A DNA stretch of 64,000 bases from an uncultured Clostridia bacterium (lineage in GTDB: Bacteria > Bacillota > Clostridia > Christensenellales > UBA1242), in contig CALWJU010000041.1 of assembly GCA_944381105.1 (NCBI GenBank), positions 1,217-65,216 on the forward strand. The letters run 5' to 3'. Shown here one piece after another: positions 29,686-40,308 of this stretch (position 1 is its first letter; every line of letters starts with the position of its first letter). The position numbers and the translations under genes are program-made. The notes beneath the pieces are model-generated. The model had not been told where the DNA came from. It ran no database searches and saw nothing but the letters and a program-made list of their open reading frames with translations.

Positions 29686-30423
29686 TTATTCCTCTTCCTC
29701 TGGCATGTTGACATTGTGATATACCTCTTGTACATCATCAAGGTCTTCGAGGGCGTCTATCATTTTTGTAAATTTTGATAGTTTATCTTCATCCAAGTCT
29801 ATATAACTGTCTGGAATTAAAGTTGTCTCTGCACTTAGTACAGAATACCCCGCATTTGTTAGTGTATCACCAAGTTTAGAATGAGCATTTGGCAAAGTAA
29901 TTATTTCGAAATAATCATCATATTCGATAACGTCAACTGCCCCCTCGTCTAAGGCAGTCATCATAAGTTCATCACTGTCAACTTTATCATTTTTTTCAAC
30001 ATCTACAACGCCTTTTCTTTGAAATAGATAACTAACACAACCTGTTGAGCCGAGTGAACCTCCAAATTTATCAAAGGCATGTCGAACATCACCTGCTGTT
30101 CTGTTTTTATTATCTGTCAAGCATTCGACTATAACAGCAGAGCCTCCACTTCCATAACCTTCATAAGTGCAACTTTCATAATTGATTCCAGAAAGTTCTC
30201 CTGCCGCCTTTTTAATGCTTCTTTCAATGGTATCGTTTGGCATATTGTTTTGCTTTGCTTTTGCAATTATGTCTTTTAGTTTAGGGTTCGACACAGGATC
30301 AGAACCGCCAGTCTTTACACATACAGCAATTTCTCGACCTATTTTTGTAAAAATCTTTCCTCTTGCTGCATCACTCTTACCCTTTCTCGCTTGTATATTG
30401 TGCCATTTTGAATGTCCTGACAT
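29686..30423 (-). CDS. yebC: YebC/PmpR family DNA-binding regulator
   Basis: [18 protein letters not shown]-terminus and typical length of about 245 aa. Confidence 0.9.
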   Translation of the reverse strand: MSGHSKWHNIQARKGKSDAARGKIFTKIGREIAVCVKTGGSDPVSNPKLKDIIAKAKQNNMPNDTIERSIKKAAGELSGINYESCTYEGYGSGGSAVIVECLTDNKNRTAGDVRHAFDKFGGSLGSTGCVSYLFQRKGVVDVEKNDKVDSDELMMTALDEGAVDVIEYDDYFEIITLPNAHSKLGDTLTNAGYSVLSAETTLIPDSYIDLDEDKLSKFTKMIDALEDLDDVQEVYHNVNMPEEEE

Positions 30424-30633
30424 TATTATCCTCCTTATTATAAAATAACTTTATTGTAGTAATTAAGTTTATATATTTTAACATGATTATTAAAAATTAT
30501 ATAATCAATTATATATAAAATAGTCTATAAAGTCAAACAAATAAAAATCAAACTAAGAAAAATATAAAAATAATTATTTTCACTGTTCAAAATGAATATT
30601 TTATTAGTCTAAAAATAATCGGTATATATTGTT

Positions 30634-31362
30634 TTATAAATTTTTCTTTGCTAATTCATACATTATAATTGAACCAGAAACAGAAGCATTGAGACTTTCT
30701 ACTTTGTTTTTCATCGGAATTGAAACAGAATATTTACAAATTTTTGAAATATCTTTACTAACTCCTTGCCCTTCATTTCCAACTACAACTCCGACTGTAT
30801 CAGTTGTATGAAAATCAAAGATATTTTTACCGTTCATGTCGGCTTTTAACAAAGTTAATTTCCATTTTATTGCGTATTTTATAAATTCTTGTCTTTTGAG
30901 TTCCATAACATTTATATCAAAAATAGTACCAACACTGCTTCTTATAAGTTTAGAATTTGTTGCATTGACACTTTCTACCAGGTAAACATTTTCAAACCCA
31001 CTAGCACAAGCACTGCGAATTAAACTTCCTACATTGCCAGGATCTTGAAGTCCATCGATAACTAAAAAGTTAGTTGTAGGCTTTTTTACTATATGTGGTA
31101 TGTATTCTATTATACAAACTACACCTTGTGGTGTTTTACTGTCGGATAATTGTTCTATAATTTTATGGTCGACAATATAAAGTATATCCTCATTATCTGA
31201 AAACAGATGAGCCTTGTCATTTTCGGCAAAGATATAAATAGGGTTCATCCCCTTTTTTATGCAATCTTCAATAATTTTGATATTATCCAAAAAAATCAAA
31301 CAACTATTTTTTCGTTTTTGCTTTTTTAGGTCTTTTATTAAATTTATAGATGCTTTTTGCAT
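30634..31362 (-). CDS. TrmH-family RNA methyltransferase downstream of rplT
   Basis: QDPGNVGSLIRSA, VVVGNEGQGVS and ESLNASVSGSIIMYE SpoU motifs. Confidence 0.8.
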   Translation of the reverse strand: MQKASINLIKDLKKQKRKNSCLIFLDNIKIIEDCIKKGMNPIYIFAENDKAHLFSDNEDILYIVDHKIIEQLSDSKTPQGVVCIIEYIPHIVKKPTTNFLVIDGLQDPGNVGSLIRSACASGFENVYLVESVNATNSKLIRSSVGTIFDINVMELKRQEFIKYAIKWKLTLLKADMNGKNIFDFHTTDTVGVVVGNEGQGVSKDISKICKYSVSIPMKNKVESLNASVSGSIIMYELAKKNL

Positions 31363-31703
31363 TATTTAACTTGTCCTACAAGTGCTGAAAATGCCTCAGG
31401 TTCTCTAACAGCCATATCAGCAAGAACTTTTCTATTTAAATCAATACCTTTGCTTTTAAGTCCTGCTATAAATTTAGAATATGAAATTCCATTTTGTCTG
31501 CAACCAGCATTTATTCTTGTTATCCAAAGTGCTCTGAAATTTCTCTTTTTGATCTTTCTTCCAATATAAGCATATTGACCACTTCTCATAACTTGTTGTT
31601 TTGCTGTTCTATAAAGTTTTGATTTTGCCCCTCTATATCCTTTTGCACTTTTAAGGATAGAACGACGTTTTTTAACTGCATTTACCGCTCTTTTAACTCT
31701 CAT
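31362..31703 (-). CDS. rplT: 50S ribosomal protein L20
   Basis: [14 protein letters not shown] ... typical L20 sequence. Confidence 0.95.
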   Translation of the reverse strand: MRVKRAVNAVKKRRSILKSAKGYRGAKSKLYRTAKQQVMRSGQYAYIGRKIKKRNFRALWITRINAGCRQNGISYSKFIAGLKSKGIDLNRKVLADMAVREPEAFSALVGQVK

Positions 31704-31714
31704 TGTAGCCTCCT

Positions 31715-31909
31715 TTACTTAGCCAAAAGGGATTTAATGTTTTGTGCATTCTTTCCAGAAATATAAGATCCCTTTCTAAGTTTCCTTTTATTTGATTGTG
31801 ATTTTTTTGTAAGGAAGTGTCCTTTCCCTGGTCGTGCAAACTTTACATTCCCGTTTGCTGTTACGTGAAAACGTTTCTTGCATCCACTATGTGTTTTTTG
31901 TTTTGGCAT
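31715..31909 (-). CDS. rpmI: 50S ribosomal protein L35
   Basis: [14 protein letters not shown], 64 aa. Confidence 0.95.
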   Translation of the reverse strand: MPKQKTHSGCKKRFHVTANGNVKFARPGKGHFLTKKSQSNKRKLRKGSYISGKNAQNIKSLLAK

Positions 31910-31924
31910 GGCTTTTTTCTCCTT

Positions 31925-32425
31925 TTACTTAATTTTTTTAGGACTTACAACTACAAAGATATTTCTTCCAAGAAGTTCAGGTTCTTTATCAATTGTACCA
32001 AGATCTGATAGTCTCGAACAAAACTCTTTTACAATTTCAATTGCTTTTTTAACGTAGGACTGTTCTCGTCCTTTCATTCTTAGAGTTACCTTAACCTTGT
32101 TGCCTTCTTTGAGAAATTTTGACGCACTTGCAATACGATAGGCTATATCATGCTCTTCTATCGTCATTGACAGTCTTACTTCTTTTATTTCGACTATTTT
32201 TTGTGCTTTTTTTATCTCTTTTTCTTTTTTAAGAGATTCATATTTATACTTTCCATAGTCTAATATTTTGCAAACTGGTGGGTTTGAATTTCCCGCCATC
32301 ATAACAAGATCAAGTTCTTTTTCTGTGGCTCTTGCAATAGCCTCATCCCGAGAGACTATACCTAATTGTTCTCCATTTTCTCCTATTAAACGAACTTGCG
32401 ATGCTGTGATTTGTTCGTTTGTCAA
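31925..32425 (-). CDS. infC: translation initiation factor IF-3 (apparent TTG start)
   Basis: INEQI-type N-terminus (TNEQITASQVRLIGENGEQLG) and C-domain KEVRLSMTIEEHD. A non-AUG start is the known IF3 autoregulatory feature. Confidence 0.9.
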   Translation of the reverse strand: MTNEQITASQVRLIGENGEQLGIVSRDEAIARATEKELDLVMMAGNSNPPVCKILDYGKYKYESLKKEKEIKKAQKIVEIKEVRLSMTIEEHDIAYRIASASKFLKEGNKVKVTLRMKGREQSYVKKAIEIVKEFCSRLSDLGTIDKEPELLGRNIFVVVSPKKIK

Positions 32426-32460
32426 TAATTCCTTAAAAATAGTTGTATTCCCCTTTTAAT

Positions 32461-32494
32461 AAAAAATTTGGTGGAAGCATAAAATTCCACCAAA
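32461..32494 (-). terminator. intrinsic terminator/attenuator inside the infC-rpmI-rplT leader (L20-leader-like)
   Basis: Minus-strand TTTGGTGGAA-8 nt-TTCCACCAAA followed by a U-run. Lies downstream of the promoter at 32642-32614 and upstream of infC. Confidence 0.5.
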
Positions 32495-32613
32495 AATTTA
32501 TTTTAAAAGTACAAGCATAAATACTTTAAACTCGTTTTAAACTAATAAATTTTTTATACCAAATCAAGCGTATGCTGAATGGTGAGAAGTGGAACTTCTA
32601 CTTTCATGCGTAT

Positions 32614-32642
32614 ATAATAACATATTTTTTATCCTTTGTCAA
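32614..32642 (-). promoter_or_regulatory. promoter TTGACA-17-TATTAT (TG-extended) for the infC operon leader
   Basis: Minus-strand TTGACA (32642-32637) and TATTAT (32619-32614). Confidence 0.55.
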
Positions 32643-32651
32643 CAAATTTTT

Positions 32652-33230
32652 TCAAATTTTAATAAATTTATTTAAAAATTTTGCTAGTTGTAATATAACT
32701 TTATTTGAGTTTTTTAACGCATGCTCCTTCATTATTGCTTTAAATAGTATTGTAATGCCTGCAATAAGTGCTGAGGTGGTTATCGATATTAGCATTACAA
32801 GATTTGTATTGACAATATTGCTTGTCAGTGCAACCACAATACAAGCACCACCTGCTCCACTTAATGTGCTACATATATCGCCAACTACATCAGCACAAAA
32901 TGAACATACTTTCTCAGAATGTTGGCATAATAAAGCACCAATGTTGGCTCCTTCAACCTTATCTTCTTCCCATTTTTTAAATGTTCCTAAATCGGCTGAT
33001 GCGACAGCGATTCCTATCATGTCAAATAATACAGAAATAAATATAAAAAATATTATTCCTATTATAGCAACAATAACTCCCATTTTTGTGAGCATTGTTT
33101 GGCTTAAAAATCCAAAGAATAGAGACATGCAGACTGCTAACATAAACATTTTGATTGCCCACAAATATTTTTTTGTGGATATGCTTTGTACACTTGTTTT
33201 TTGCCGTTTTGTTATCTTTTTCTTTTTCAC
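32652..33230 (-). CDS. integral membrane protein of unknown function
   Basis: Basic N-terminus, several hydrophobic helices, and motif CADVVGDICSTLSGAGGA. GTG start without SD (start uncertain). Same strand as all neighbouring genes. Confidence 0.55.
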   Translation of the reverse strand: MKKKKITKRQKTSVQSISTKKYLWAIKMFMLAVCMSLFFGFLSQTMLTKMGVIVAIIGIIFFIFISVLFDMIGIAVASADLGTFKKWEEDKVEGANIGALLCQHSEKVCSFCADVVGDICSTLSGAGGACIVVALTSNIVNTNLVMLISITTSALIAGITILFKAIMKEHALKNSNKVILQLAKFLNKFIKI

Positions 33231-33268
33231 ATAATAGTATATGTTATATATGCTTTTGTTATGAAAAA

Positions 33269-33475
33269 CTAGATCTCTTCAAGCCCATTTAGATTTTCTC
33301 TTAACTCAGTGAGTTTTCCTTTTGCTTTGTCGAGTTCGTTATAACAAATTTTTATTAGTTCTTGCGACCTCGACATAAGTGAAATAACCTCTTCCATTGA
33401 TAGAGTTCCACTTTCAATCTTTTCTATTATGTTATTTAATTGCTTTGATGCCTCTTCGTATGTGATTTTTTCCAT
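33269..33475 (-). CDS. xseB: exodeoxyribonuclease VII small subunit
   Basis: MEKITYEEASKQLNNIIEKIESGTLSMEE is typical XseB. Start set at ATG 33475, just after the xseA stop. Confidence 0.9.
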   Translation of the reverse strand: MEKITYEEASKQLNNIIEKIESGTLSMEEVISLMSRSQELIKICYNELDKAKGKLTELRENLNGLEEI

Positions 33476-33476
33476 A

Positions 33477-34658
33477 TTAGTCTCCTTTATTAATAACACT
33501 AGCCTCAACTTTACCATCTATAAAGTTTACTGTCATAGGTTTGTTTTTGTCTAATTTGGCAAGGTTAGAAATAGACTTATTTCCCTGCTCAACTTTTGCA
33601 TAACCCTGCATTAAGATATTTTTCGGATCTAGTTTCTTTATTGTTGTTTCTTTTAAGCCTAATTCATAATATTGTTGATTTACAAAATTCTCAAAGACTT
33701 TTAAAATGCTTTCCTTTTTTAGAGATAGAGTTTTTTCTTCTTTTGTCAATGCTCTTTCGATATAACTAGTAAGTTTTAAATTTTGCAAGTCTAAATCGGT
33801 TATATTTTTATTTATATATTTTTTAAATGAACTATATGTTGTTTCAAATAAATTCCACATTTCCGACTTTTTCCCATTAAGGTCAAAAGTCAGTAGTTCA
33901 GCTGCCGCTGATGGCGTTGGTGCTCTAAGGTCGCTAACAAAATCTATAATTGTAAAGTCGGTTTCATGACCTACTGCTGATACAATCGGTTTTGGACAGT
34001 TATAAGTGGCTCTTGCAACAATCTCGGTATTATACGCCCATAAATCTTCAAGCGAGCCACCACCACGTGCTACTATTATGACATCAATCTTGTCGTAATG
34101 TCCCATTATATCGATTGCATGTGCTATTTCATATTCTGAGTTTAATCCTTGAACCTTTGTATTGTAAAGGACAATATCTACCATAGGATTTCTTCGCCAC
34201 GCAACATTTTTTATATCTTGAATTACCGCCCCTTCCTTAGAGGTTATCACTCCAATTCTTTTTATTTCTTTTGGCAATTGCTTTTTGTTTTTAGTATCAA
34301 ACAACCCTTCATTTTGTAGTTGCTCTTTTAATTTTAAAAATTGCTCATAAAGTTGGCCTTGTCCCACTTTTTCTATTTTTACAACGCTGAAATTTAATCG
34401 TCCAGCCTTTATATAATAATTAGGCGAACCTGTTATTATAACCTTGTCGCCCTCTTTAATGTCTAAAAAAAGATTGGGATAGAATGAGACACAAGAAAGA
34501 GAGGCATTTTCGTCTTTAAGATTAAAATAATAAACATTCCTTGACGAACTTATGCCAAAAATCTCCCCTACAACTGCGATATTGTGAAGTAATTCTTCCG
34601 AATCAAATATCTGTTTAATATAGGTGTTTAATTTGCTTACAGTTATTGCCTCAATCAT
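33477..34658 (-). CDS. xseA: exodeoxyribonuclease VII large subunit
   Basis: OB-fold N-terminus, IGVITS..GA, ARGGGS.EDLW and C-terminal coiled coil. Confidence 0.9.
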   Translation of the reverse strand: MIEAITVSKLNTYIKQIFDSEELLHNIAVVGEIFGISSSRNVYYFNLKDENASLSCVSFYPNLFLDIKEGDKVIITGSPNYYIKAGRLNFSVVKIEKVGQGQLYEQFLKLKEQLQNEGLFDTKNKKQLPKEIKRIGVITSKEGAVIQDIKNVAWRRNPMVDIVLYNTKVQGLNSEYEIAHAIDIMGHYDKIDVIIVARGGGSLEDLWAYNTEIVARATYNCPKPIVSAVGHETDFTIIDFVSDLRAPTPSAAAELLTFDLNGKKSEMWNLFETTYSSFKKYINKNITDLDLQNLKLTSYIERALTKEEKTLSLKKESILKVFENFVNQQYYELGLKETTIKKLDPKNILMQGYAKVEQGNKSISNLAKLDKNKPMTVNFIDGKVEASVINKGD

Positions 34659-34659
34659 T

Positions 34660-35058
34660 CTACTTCCCTTCGCTGATTTGAGATTTAATTATTGAAGAAA
34701 GCACCCCATTTACAAACTTTCCGCTTTTTTCAGTTGAATATTTTTTTGCTATTTTAACTGCTTCGTTTGCGACCACTTGATATGGAGTTTTTAGGCATTT
34801 TATTTCGGTAACAGCCTCTAAAAGAACTGCAAGGTCAACTTTATATACTCTATCAAGTTCATAGCCTACAAGATTTGAAGAGATAATGTTTTTAATTTCT
34901 TGCTCATTCTTTTCATAATTATCAATTATCTCCTTAGCAAATTGTAAATCCTCTTCCTTTTTTAATGATACAAAAAACTCTTCGTCAATAAAGTTATCTT
35001 TGACGAAAAGTTTTTGAAATATAAATTGAAATGCTTTTTCCCTAGCCTCTATTCTCAT
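34660..35058 (-). CDS. nusB: transcription antitermination factor NusB
   Basis: REKAFQFIFQ start, about 130 aa, conserved position between asp23 and xseA. Confidence 0.85.
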   Translation of the reverse strand: MRIEAREKAFQFIFQKLFVKDNFIDEEFFVSLKKEEDLQFAKEIIDNYEKNEQEIKNIISSNLVGYELDRVYKVDLAVLLEAVTEIKCLKTPYQVVANEAVKIAKKYSTEKSGKFVNGVLSSIIKSQISEGK

Positions 35059-35420
35059 TGTATTTCCTCATCACACGCAACACCATACACATGGACATTT
35101 ATCTTTCCAGGTTTTATACCTACCATTGTATTTAGTGAATTTTTTATATTTTCTTGTATTCTGTAAGCAACATCTGGCACGCTGTATCCAATGTAGACTT
35201 TAACATATACATCAACATTTACTACACCATTTGTATCAAATTTTATGCTTACACCTTCATTTTTTGGCTTAAACATCTTCTTATAAAAAGGTAGGTAATC
35301 ATTAGTCAAAGACTCTACACCATTTATCTCTTTTGTCGCTAGGTTTATAATTGACAATAGAATTTCTCTATCTATCTCAACTTTTCCTTTCTTTTGAAAT
35401 GTAGTATTATTGTTATCCAT
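35055..35420 (-). CDS. Asp23/Gls24 family envelope stress protein (YqhY-like)
   Basis: KVEIDREILLSIINLATKEINGVESL and conserved position upstream of nusB. Confidence 0.85.
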   Translation of the reverse strand: MDNNNTTFQKKGKVEIDREILLSIINLATKEINGVESLTNDYLPFYKKMFKPKNEGVSIKFDTNGVVNVDVYVKVYIGYSVPDVAYRIQENIKNSLNTMVGIKPGKINVHVYGVACDEEIQ

Positions 35421-35469
35421 TTCACTCTCCTACTTTTGTAGTATAGCATAAGTCGATAACATTTTGCAA

Positions 35470-35940
35470 TTATTCTACGGGAATTATTTTGATATTTTCA
35501 AGTCTTGTGTTTAATTGAGATTGTATTATCTCAACTATCTGTGCAACTTCTGTTTCTGTAAGTTCTCCACCCTTTACAACTGCATTGACATCAGTATCTG
35601 AAATAGTTACTACGCAATCTTCAAAACCTTTGGCTTTAATAAGTCCTTCTACAACGAGTTCTTGTTCCATTTGCTCAATGAGTGCAAGTTTTGCACTTTC
35701 AGCAGTTGCGATTGCATCAGCAGAGGATGACTCGCTTGCTATAATTGCGTCATAATAAAGCATCTCCTGATCTCTTGTCGATTCTCTATCTGAACGATAG
35801 GTTTGAAAATAACTTGATGTTGATGCAGTGTCATCATTATTACTTGAAACAGAATTATTTAGTACTACATTTAAGTACCCTGTTACACCTAAAAGCAAAA
35901 CCATAGCAGCAATAATAATAATTTTTGTTCTCTTCTTCAT
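35470..35940 (-). CDS. spoIIIAH: stage III sporulation protein AH
   Basis: Signal anchor plus YscJ/FliF-like C-terminal domain. Last gene of the spoIIIA operon. Confidence 0.8.
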   Translation of the reverse strand: MKKRTKIIIIAAMVLLLGVTGYLNVVLNNSVSSNNDDTASTSSYFQTYRSDRESTRDQEMLYYDAIIASESSSADAIATAESAKLALIEQMEQELVVEGLIKAKGFEDCVVTISDTDVNAVVKGGELTETEVAQIVEIIQSQLNTRLENIKIIPVE

Positions 35941-35951
35941 AATTACTCCTT

Positions 35952-36491
35952 TTAAACTCCTTCATAAATATTTATCTTTGAACTTTCAATACTTGTAATG
36001 GTCTGAATAATTGATATTATATCTAGTTTAACAGACACATCCCCTCCTCCTTCTGCAACCACAACTATTCCGCTAATAATAGGAAATATTTCTTCTTGAA
36101 GAACAGGCTGTCCATCTACTAATATTATATTTGAGGTTGTAACGCTTGTCCCATCTGTTGTTGTTCTTATTTCTTCATCTGTTGCATAGATGTACTCAAA
36201 TCCTTTTTCGAGTGTAATGATTACATTCACCTCGCCAGCACCTTTTATCCTGCTTAATACATTTTCTAATTTATTTTCAAGATTGTCCACATATTCCGCC
36301 GAAGAGGAAAAATTTGTACTTAAATTGTCGTTTTCTGTCATTGTCTGCTCATTTGATGATGTGCTTATGGAGGCAAAGTATATTATCCCGAGCAATAAGG
36401 CTAGTCCTACTGCTAAATAAATCTCAATATGTTTTACCTTCTTTATTTTTTCGTATAACACTTTAAATCGTTTTTTAAAATTATCCATCAT
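35952..36491 (-). CDS. spoIIIAG: stage III sporulation protein AG
   Basis: TM anchor then GAGEVNVIITLEKG...VVVAEGG ring-forming domain. Start at ATG 36491 with AGGAGG 9 nt upstream. Confidence 0.85.
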   Translation of the reverse strand: MMDNFKKRFKVLYEKIKKVKHIEIYLAVGLALLLGIIYFASISTSSNEQTMTENDNLSTNFSSSAEYVDNLENKLENVLSRIKGAGEVNVIITLEKGFEYIYATDEEIRTTTDGTSVTTSNIILVDGQPVLQEEIFPIISGIVVVAEGGGDVSVKLDIISIIQTITSIESSKINIYEGV

Positions 36492-36981
36492 ATAATATAT
36501 CCTCCTTTTCAATTTGAACATGATTTAAAATTATGTCCGTAATATCTTCCTTAATCTTTGTTATATTGTTATGCTCTGCATTTTGAGATATTACTAAATC
36601 TGAAATATCGACAGTAATCGATTTAAATGTCAATGAATTGTTAAATATATCGGCATTTATATAAATCTTTATATTTTCATAACCATGCGACTCTATTTCA
36701 TTTTCAATCTCTTCTCTTGCAATGTTAATTTTATCTAAGTTTAACTGATAAATGTAATCATCATCAACGGATATCTCTTCATAATCAAATATATTTGAAA
36801 AGTCAAACTCTTTCCCAAGCAAAGAAGGCAGTGGCATTATTATCACAAAAATAATAATAAATGAAAATATGCCTTTTATATATCTATTCATTTGTCCATC
36901 TGGAAGCATCAATTCAACTATGACAGATAAACACACAACACCAGCAATTGACAATATCCATGTAGAAATATCGTTTATCAT
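36481..36981 (-). CDS. spoIIIAF: stage III sporulation protein AF
   Basis: Two N-terminal TM helices plus a soluble domain, in operon position. Start at ATG 36981 (GGAGG 5 nt upstream). Confidence 0.8.
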   Translation of the reverse strand: MINDISTWILSIAGVVCLSVIVELMLPDGQMNRYIKGIFSFIIIFVIIMPLPSLLGKEFDFSNIFDYEEISVDDDYIYQLNLDKINIAREEIENEIESHGYENIKIYINADIFNNSLTFKSITVDISDLVISQNAEHNNITKIKEDITDIILNHVQIEKEDILYDG

Positions 36982-36982
36982 A

Positions 36983-38218
36983 TTAACCTCCAATTATATT
37001 TGCTGAACACATTATTAGTCCAAGCATTATAAAATATATAAAGGCTATTCCTATAATAAGCACTATCAATAGGATCATGCTTTTTGATAAAGATGAGATA
37101 AAGTTTGCAATTTGTTTATTTCCAAGCGGTTCAACTATTCCAGCAATTAATTTAAGTGCAAGCATAAAGAGAATGAGTTCAATAAGTGGCGACAAAATTG
37201 TTGCTAAAAGTAAAAATAGTCCGCTTGCTCCAATGGCGTTTTTTATTAAATTTGAGGAAAGCATGATTATCCCCATTCCATCACTTATATAAGAACCTAA
37301 AATTGGTATATACGACCTAATTGCATACCTTGCTGTCCTAATTGAAATACCATCTATTGTACCTGCTGTTATACCTTGAATAGACAAAAATGCTGTGAAT
37401 ATCGTAAATATCAATCCTGTAAGCCATTTATAAGTGCTATTAAAAAATGAAGTAAATTTTTCGAGTTTGACAGAACTAGAAAGATTTGATACCACGCTAA
37501 AAACAACGGAAAAGATAAATATAGGCAGAAGAACATAGGTGAAAAGGTTGAGGATTGTACCACTTAGCATAGCCATCGCAGGCTGATAAACGCTCACCGA
37601 TGACGATCCCCCAATTGCTGTCATAAATGTCAAAAGTAAAGGAAAGATTGCATCCATTTGTGATTTTAGTGTGGAGATTGTCCCTGTTGTTAAGGTAACC
37701 ATCTTTACGGTCATTGACAAGACTAATACAACTATTACTCCATAAGTAACAAAATGAATGAGGTTAGATATTGACTTACCGTTATTGTTTGGCTTTATAC
37801 CTTGTATCATGCTTCCTATTAAAGATACTGCAATTATAATTGAAATAATTGGCAATAGAGATAATATGTTGTCAAAAAATATGTTTAACAGTGCATTCCA
37901 AAAACTTGTACCATCTTCGAAGTCGCCATTTATAAGACTTTCTAATTTTTCTAGAAAACTACTACCACCAAAAATTGCGAGTTCACCTTCTGTCAATGCT
38001 TTTAAAACATCTTCAAGAGATGAAAGGTCAAGATCTGCTAGTTGGTCATCTATTTCTTGTTTAAACTCCTCTTCTATTTCCTCTTGTGTCATTTCATCAC
38101 TTGGATTTTCCGCTGATGTAACTGCAAGATTTGGGCAAAAGAAGATCAACGCCAATAGCACAATAATAAATACAATGTAGGATTTATTTTTATTTTTATT
38201 TTTATATTTATCTATCAT
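36983..38218 (-). CDS. spoIIIAE: stage III sporulation protein AE
   Basis: Signal sequence plus a polytopic membrane protein of about 400 aa, in operon position. Confidence 0.85.
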   Translation of the reverse strand: MIDKYKNKNKNKSYIVFIIVLLALIFFCPNLAVTSAENPSDEMTQEEIEEEFKQEIDDQLADLDLSSLEDVLKALTEGELAIFGGSSFLEKLESLINGDFEDGTSFWNALLNIFFDNILSLLPIISIIIAVSLIGSMIQGIKPNNNGKSISNLIHFVTYGVIVVLVLSMTVKMVTLTTGTISTLKSQMDAIFPLLLTFMTAIGGSSSVSVYQPAMAMLSGTILNLFTYVLLPIFIFSVVFSVVSNLSSSVKLEKFTSFFNSTYKWLTGLIFTIFTAFLSIQGITAGTIDGISIRTARYAIRSYIPILGSYISDGMGIIMLSSNLIKNAIGASGLFLLLATILSPLIELILFMLALKLIAGIVEPLGNKQIANFISSLSKSMILLIVLIIGIAFIYFIMLGLIMCSANIIGG

Positions 38219-38607
38219 GACGGCAATAACTCCATGACAATTTGAAGAATGTTCGTAATTATAGGTAAAGCCATTACAAGTATGATTATTTTACCGCCAA
38301 GTAATACTTTATCGCCTAAACTTGAATTGCCTGTGTCTGAGCAAATTCCAGCGGTAAATTCTATTAAATAACCTACTCCAATTATCTTTAAAAGTAAAGT
38401 GTAAAGGTTTGAATTTAAGCCTGTAATTCCTATAATATCTCTAAAAATTTCAAAGACGTTTGATAAATACTCGATAACCATAAATAAGATTATCAATCCG
38501 CCTACAATTGCAATTATAACTGCGAAATCTGAACGAACAGGTCTTATTATCATTGTAGCAAGACAGGTAATAAGTCCTATTGCTATGATTTTAAAAATTA
38601 TTTCCAT
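38215..38607 (-). CDS. spoIIIAD: stage III sporulation protein AD
   Basis: 130-aa four-helix membrane protein, in operon position. Confidence 0.85.
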   Translation of the reverse strand: MEIIFKIIAIGLITCLATMIIRPVRSDFAVIIAIVGGLIILFMVIEYLSNVFEIFRDIIGITGLNSNLYTLLLKIIGVGYLIEFTAGICSDTGNSSLGDKVLLGGKIIILVMALPIITNILQIVMELLPS

Positions 38608-38613
38608 AAGAAC

Positions 38614-38808
38614 CTAAAAATTAAATATATTTCTTAATGTATTGAATAAGTCTCCAACTAAATTTAACACCATTATTAAAACTATAATAAGTCCAGCAAG
38701 AGTTGCAATAGTTGCGATCTCATCTTTACCAGTTTGTTTTAAGATTTGTCCTATTATTGCAGTTAAAATACCTATTGCTGCAATTTTAAATATTATTTCA
38801 ACTTCCAT
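38614..38808 (-). CDS. spoIIIAC: stage III sporulation protein AC
   Basis: 64-aa two-helix membrane protein, in operon position. Confidence 0.85.
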   Translation of the reverse strand: MEVEIIFKIAAIGILTAIIGQILKQTGKDEIATIATLAGLIIVLIMVLNLVGDLFNTLRNIFNF

Positions 38809-38815
38809 AATTCAC

Positions 38816-39310
38816 CTAAATCAATATAACAACTAGCACAAGCCCACAGATAAGTCCGAGTTTTATAGAAAGAGAACCATATTTTTTGTTTTCAGCGTTA
38901 GTTTTGCTTGTTAGTTCTTCAAATCTTGACTGAAAATTCTTTATTTCTTTTGACTGGCTGTCCACATCACTTCTACCTAGTGATTTAAAGAAAGTAAAAA
39001 TCAAATCTTTTTCATTATCCTTTAAAAAATTTATTCCTTTAAATAAATTATTCTTATCAAGTGGTGCTTCTTTATCAATAAAAGCGATATAGTTTTTATC
39101 AATTCCTCTTAATGCACTTTTATTTTTATCGTCAAGCCCAAGGAATATATTTTTAAGTCTTTCTCTTGAATAATTTATTTCAATATCAAATTTCTGACAT
39201 AAATATAACAATGCTTGATAAAAATTTGCTCTTACACTATATTTTTTTGAAAATATAAAACCTATAAAAGTACACAACACTACAAGTAAAATCAATATAA
39301 CATATTTCAT
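38816..39310 (-). CDS. spoIIIAB: stage III sporulation protein AB
   Basis: N-terminal TM helix plus a GspF-like soluble domain. Start at ATG 39310 (GGAGGG upstream) rather than the longer ORF. Confidence 0.8.
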   Translation of the reverse strand: MKYVILILLVVLCTFIGFIFSKKYSVRANFYQALLYLCQKFDIEINYSRERLKNIFLGLDDKNKSALRGIDKNYIAFIDKEAPLDKNNLFKGINFLKDNEKDLIFTFFKSLGRSDVDSQSKEIKNFQSRFEELTSKTNAENKKYGSLSIKLGLICGLVLVVILI

Positions 39311-39320
39311 ATACCCTCCT

Positions 39321-40226
39321 TTATAGTCTAACCCTTGAAAAATTTTCGTTGTATATTCCTTCAAGTGTGCCTGGACCTTTTCTTAATGAAAGTAGAACAT
39401 ATCGTTCAAACAACTTATCATTTATCAATTTTTCAAAATTAGGTTTTCTTAAAAAACTTTCAATGCTATCGCAATGGACTGAGGCAAGCACATTTACTCC
39501 GCAGTTAATGGCATATTCGACCGCTTCAATATCTTCCTTTTGACCAAGTTCGTCGGTTACAATAATATTTGGACTTAAAGCCCTAATGCCATTTTCAAAT
39601 CCCACGGATTTTCTTGCAAAAGAAATCTTATCTGAAAAATTTCCGATGCTACCCCTGCTACCTATGTCTAGTTCTCCTCTTTCATCAAGTACTAAGACAT
39701 TGTAAGCATAATTACGCTCAGAGAGTTGGCATATAAAGTCTCTTAGAAAGGTAGTTTTACCAGCACCTGGCGGAGATAAGACAAGAGTGTTGTAGACTTT
39801 GTTATCTTCTACTAAATAATTGAAAGCAGAAAGAGAACAGTTCTTTATTTCATGTGGCAGTCTAATATTGACACTTGAAAAATTTGTCATTGTCTTAATT
39901 TTGTTGTTTTCCTCTACAATGTCTCCACCAATACCAAGTCTTATTCCACCTTGCGTTACGATAAAACCTCGTTTTATCTGTTCATTTACAGAATAGATAG
40001 AACATTCACTTGCTCTAAAAATAATGTCCTCAATCATTATTTTGCTTGCAAAAATTGCATCTTTTATATTAGAAGTTGAGCCATTGTAACCAAGAAATGT
40101 ACGCTGTGAGCCTATAAGCAAGACGATGGGCTTGTCCGCTCTTATTCTAATTTCATTAATTGAATTTAAATTTACTTTGTGTGCAAGTATATTGTAAATT
40201 TCGTCTGATAATATTTTTTCAAGCAT
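39321..40226 (-). CDS. spoIIIAA: stage III sporulation protein AA (secretion-type ATPase)
   Basis: Walker A SPPGAGKTT and Walker B VLVLDE. First gene of the operon. Confidence 0.9.
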   Translation of the reverse strand: MLEKILSDEIYNILAHKVNLNSINEIRIRADKPIVLLIGSQRTFLGYNGSTSNIKDAIFASKIMIEDIIFRASECSIYSVNEQIKRGFIVTQGGIRLGIGGDIVEENNKIKTMTNFSSVNIRLPHEIKNCSLSAFNYLVEDNKVYNTLVLSPPGAGKTTFLRDFICQLSERNYAYNVLVLDERGELDIGSRGSIGNFSDKISFARKSVGFENGIRALSPNIIVTDELGQKEDIEAVEYAINCGVNVLASVHCDSIESFLRKPNFEKLINDKLFERYVLLSLRKGPGTLEGIYNENFSRVRL

Positions 40227-40308
40227 ACTTTCTCCTTGTCATTAATCTATGTACTGTTATTTATCACAATACTATTACGACAAATTAAGTCATTTTTTTA
40301 TAGACAAC

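Noticed and set aside
32572-33234. 220-aa + strand ORF fully antisense to the membrane-protein gene
   Set aside because: It has no SD or promoter and its composition is low-complexity and odd. The minus-strand ORF has coherent TM helices and fits the uniformly minus-strand operon context. Long antisense ORFs are a known artefact of codon bias.
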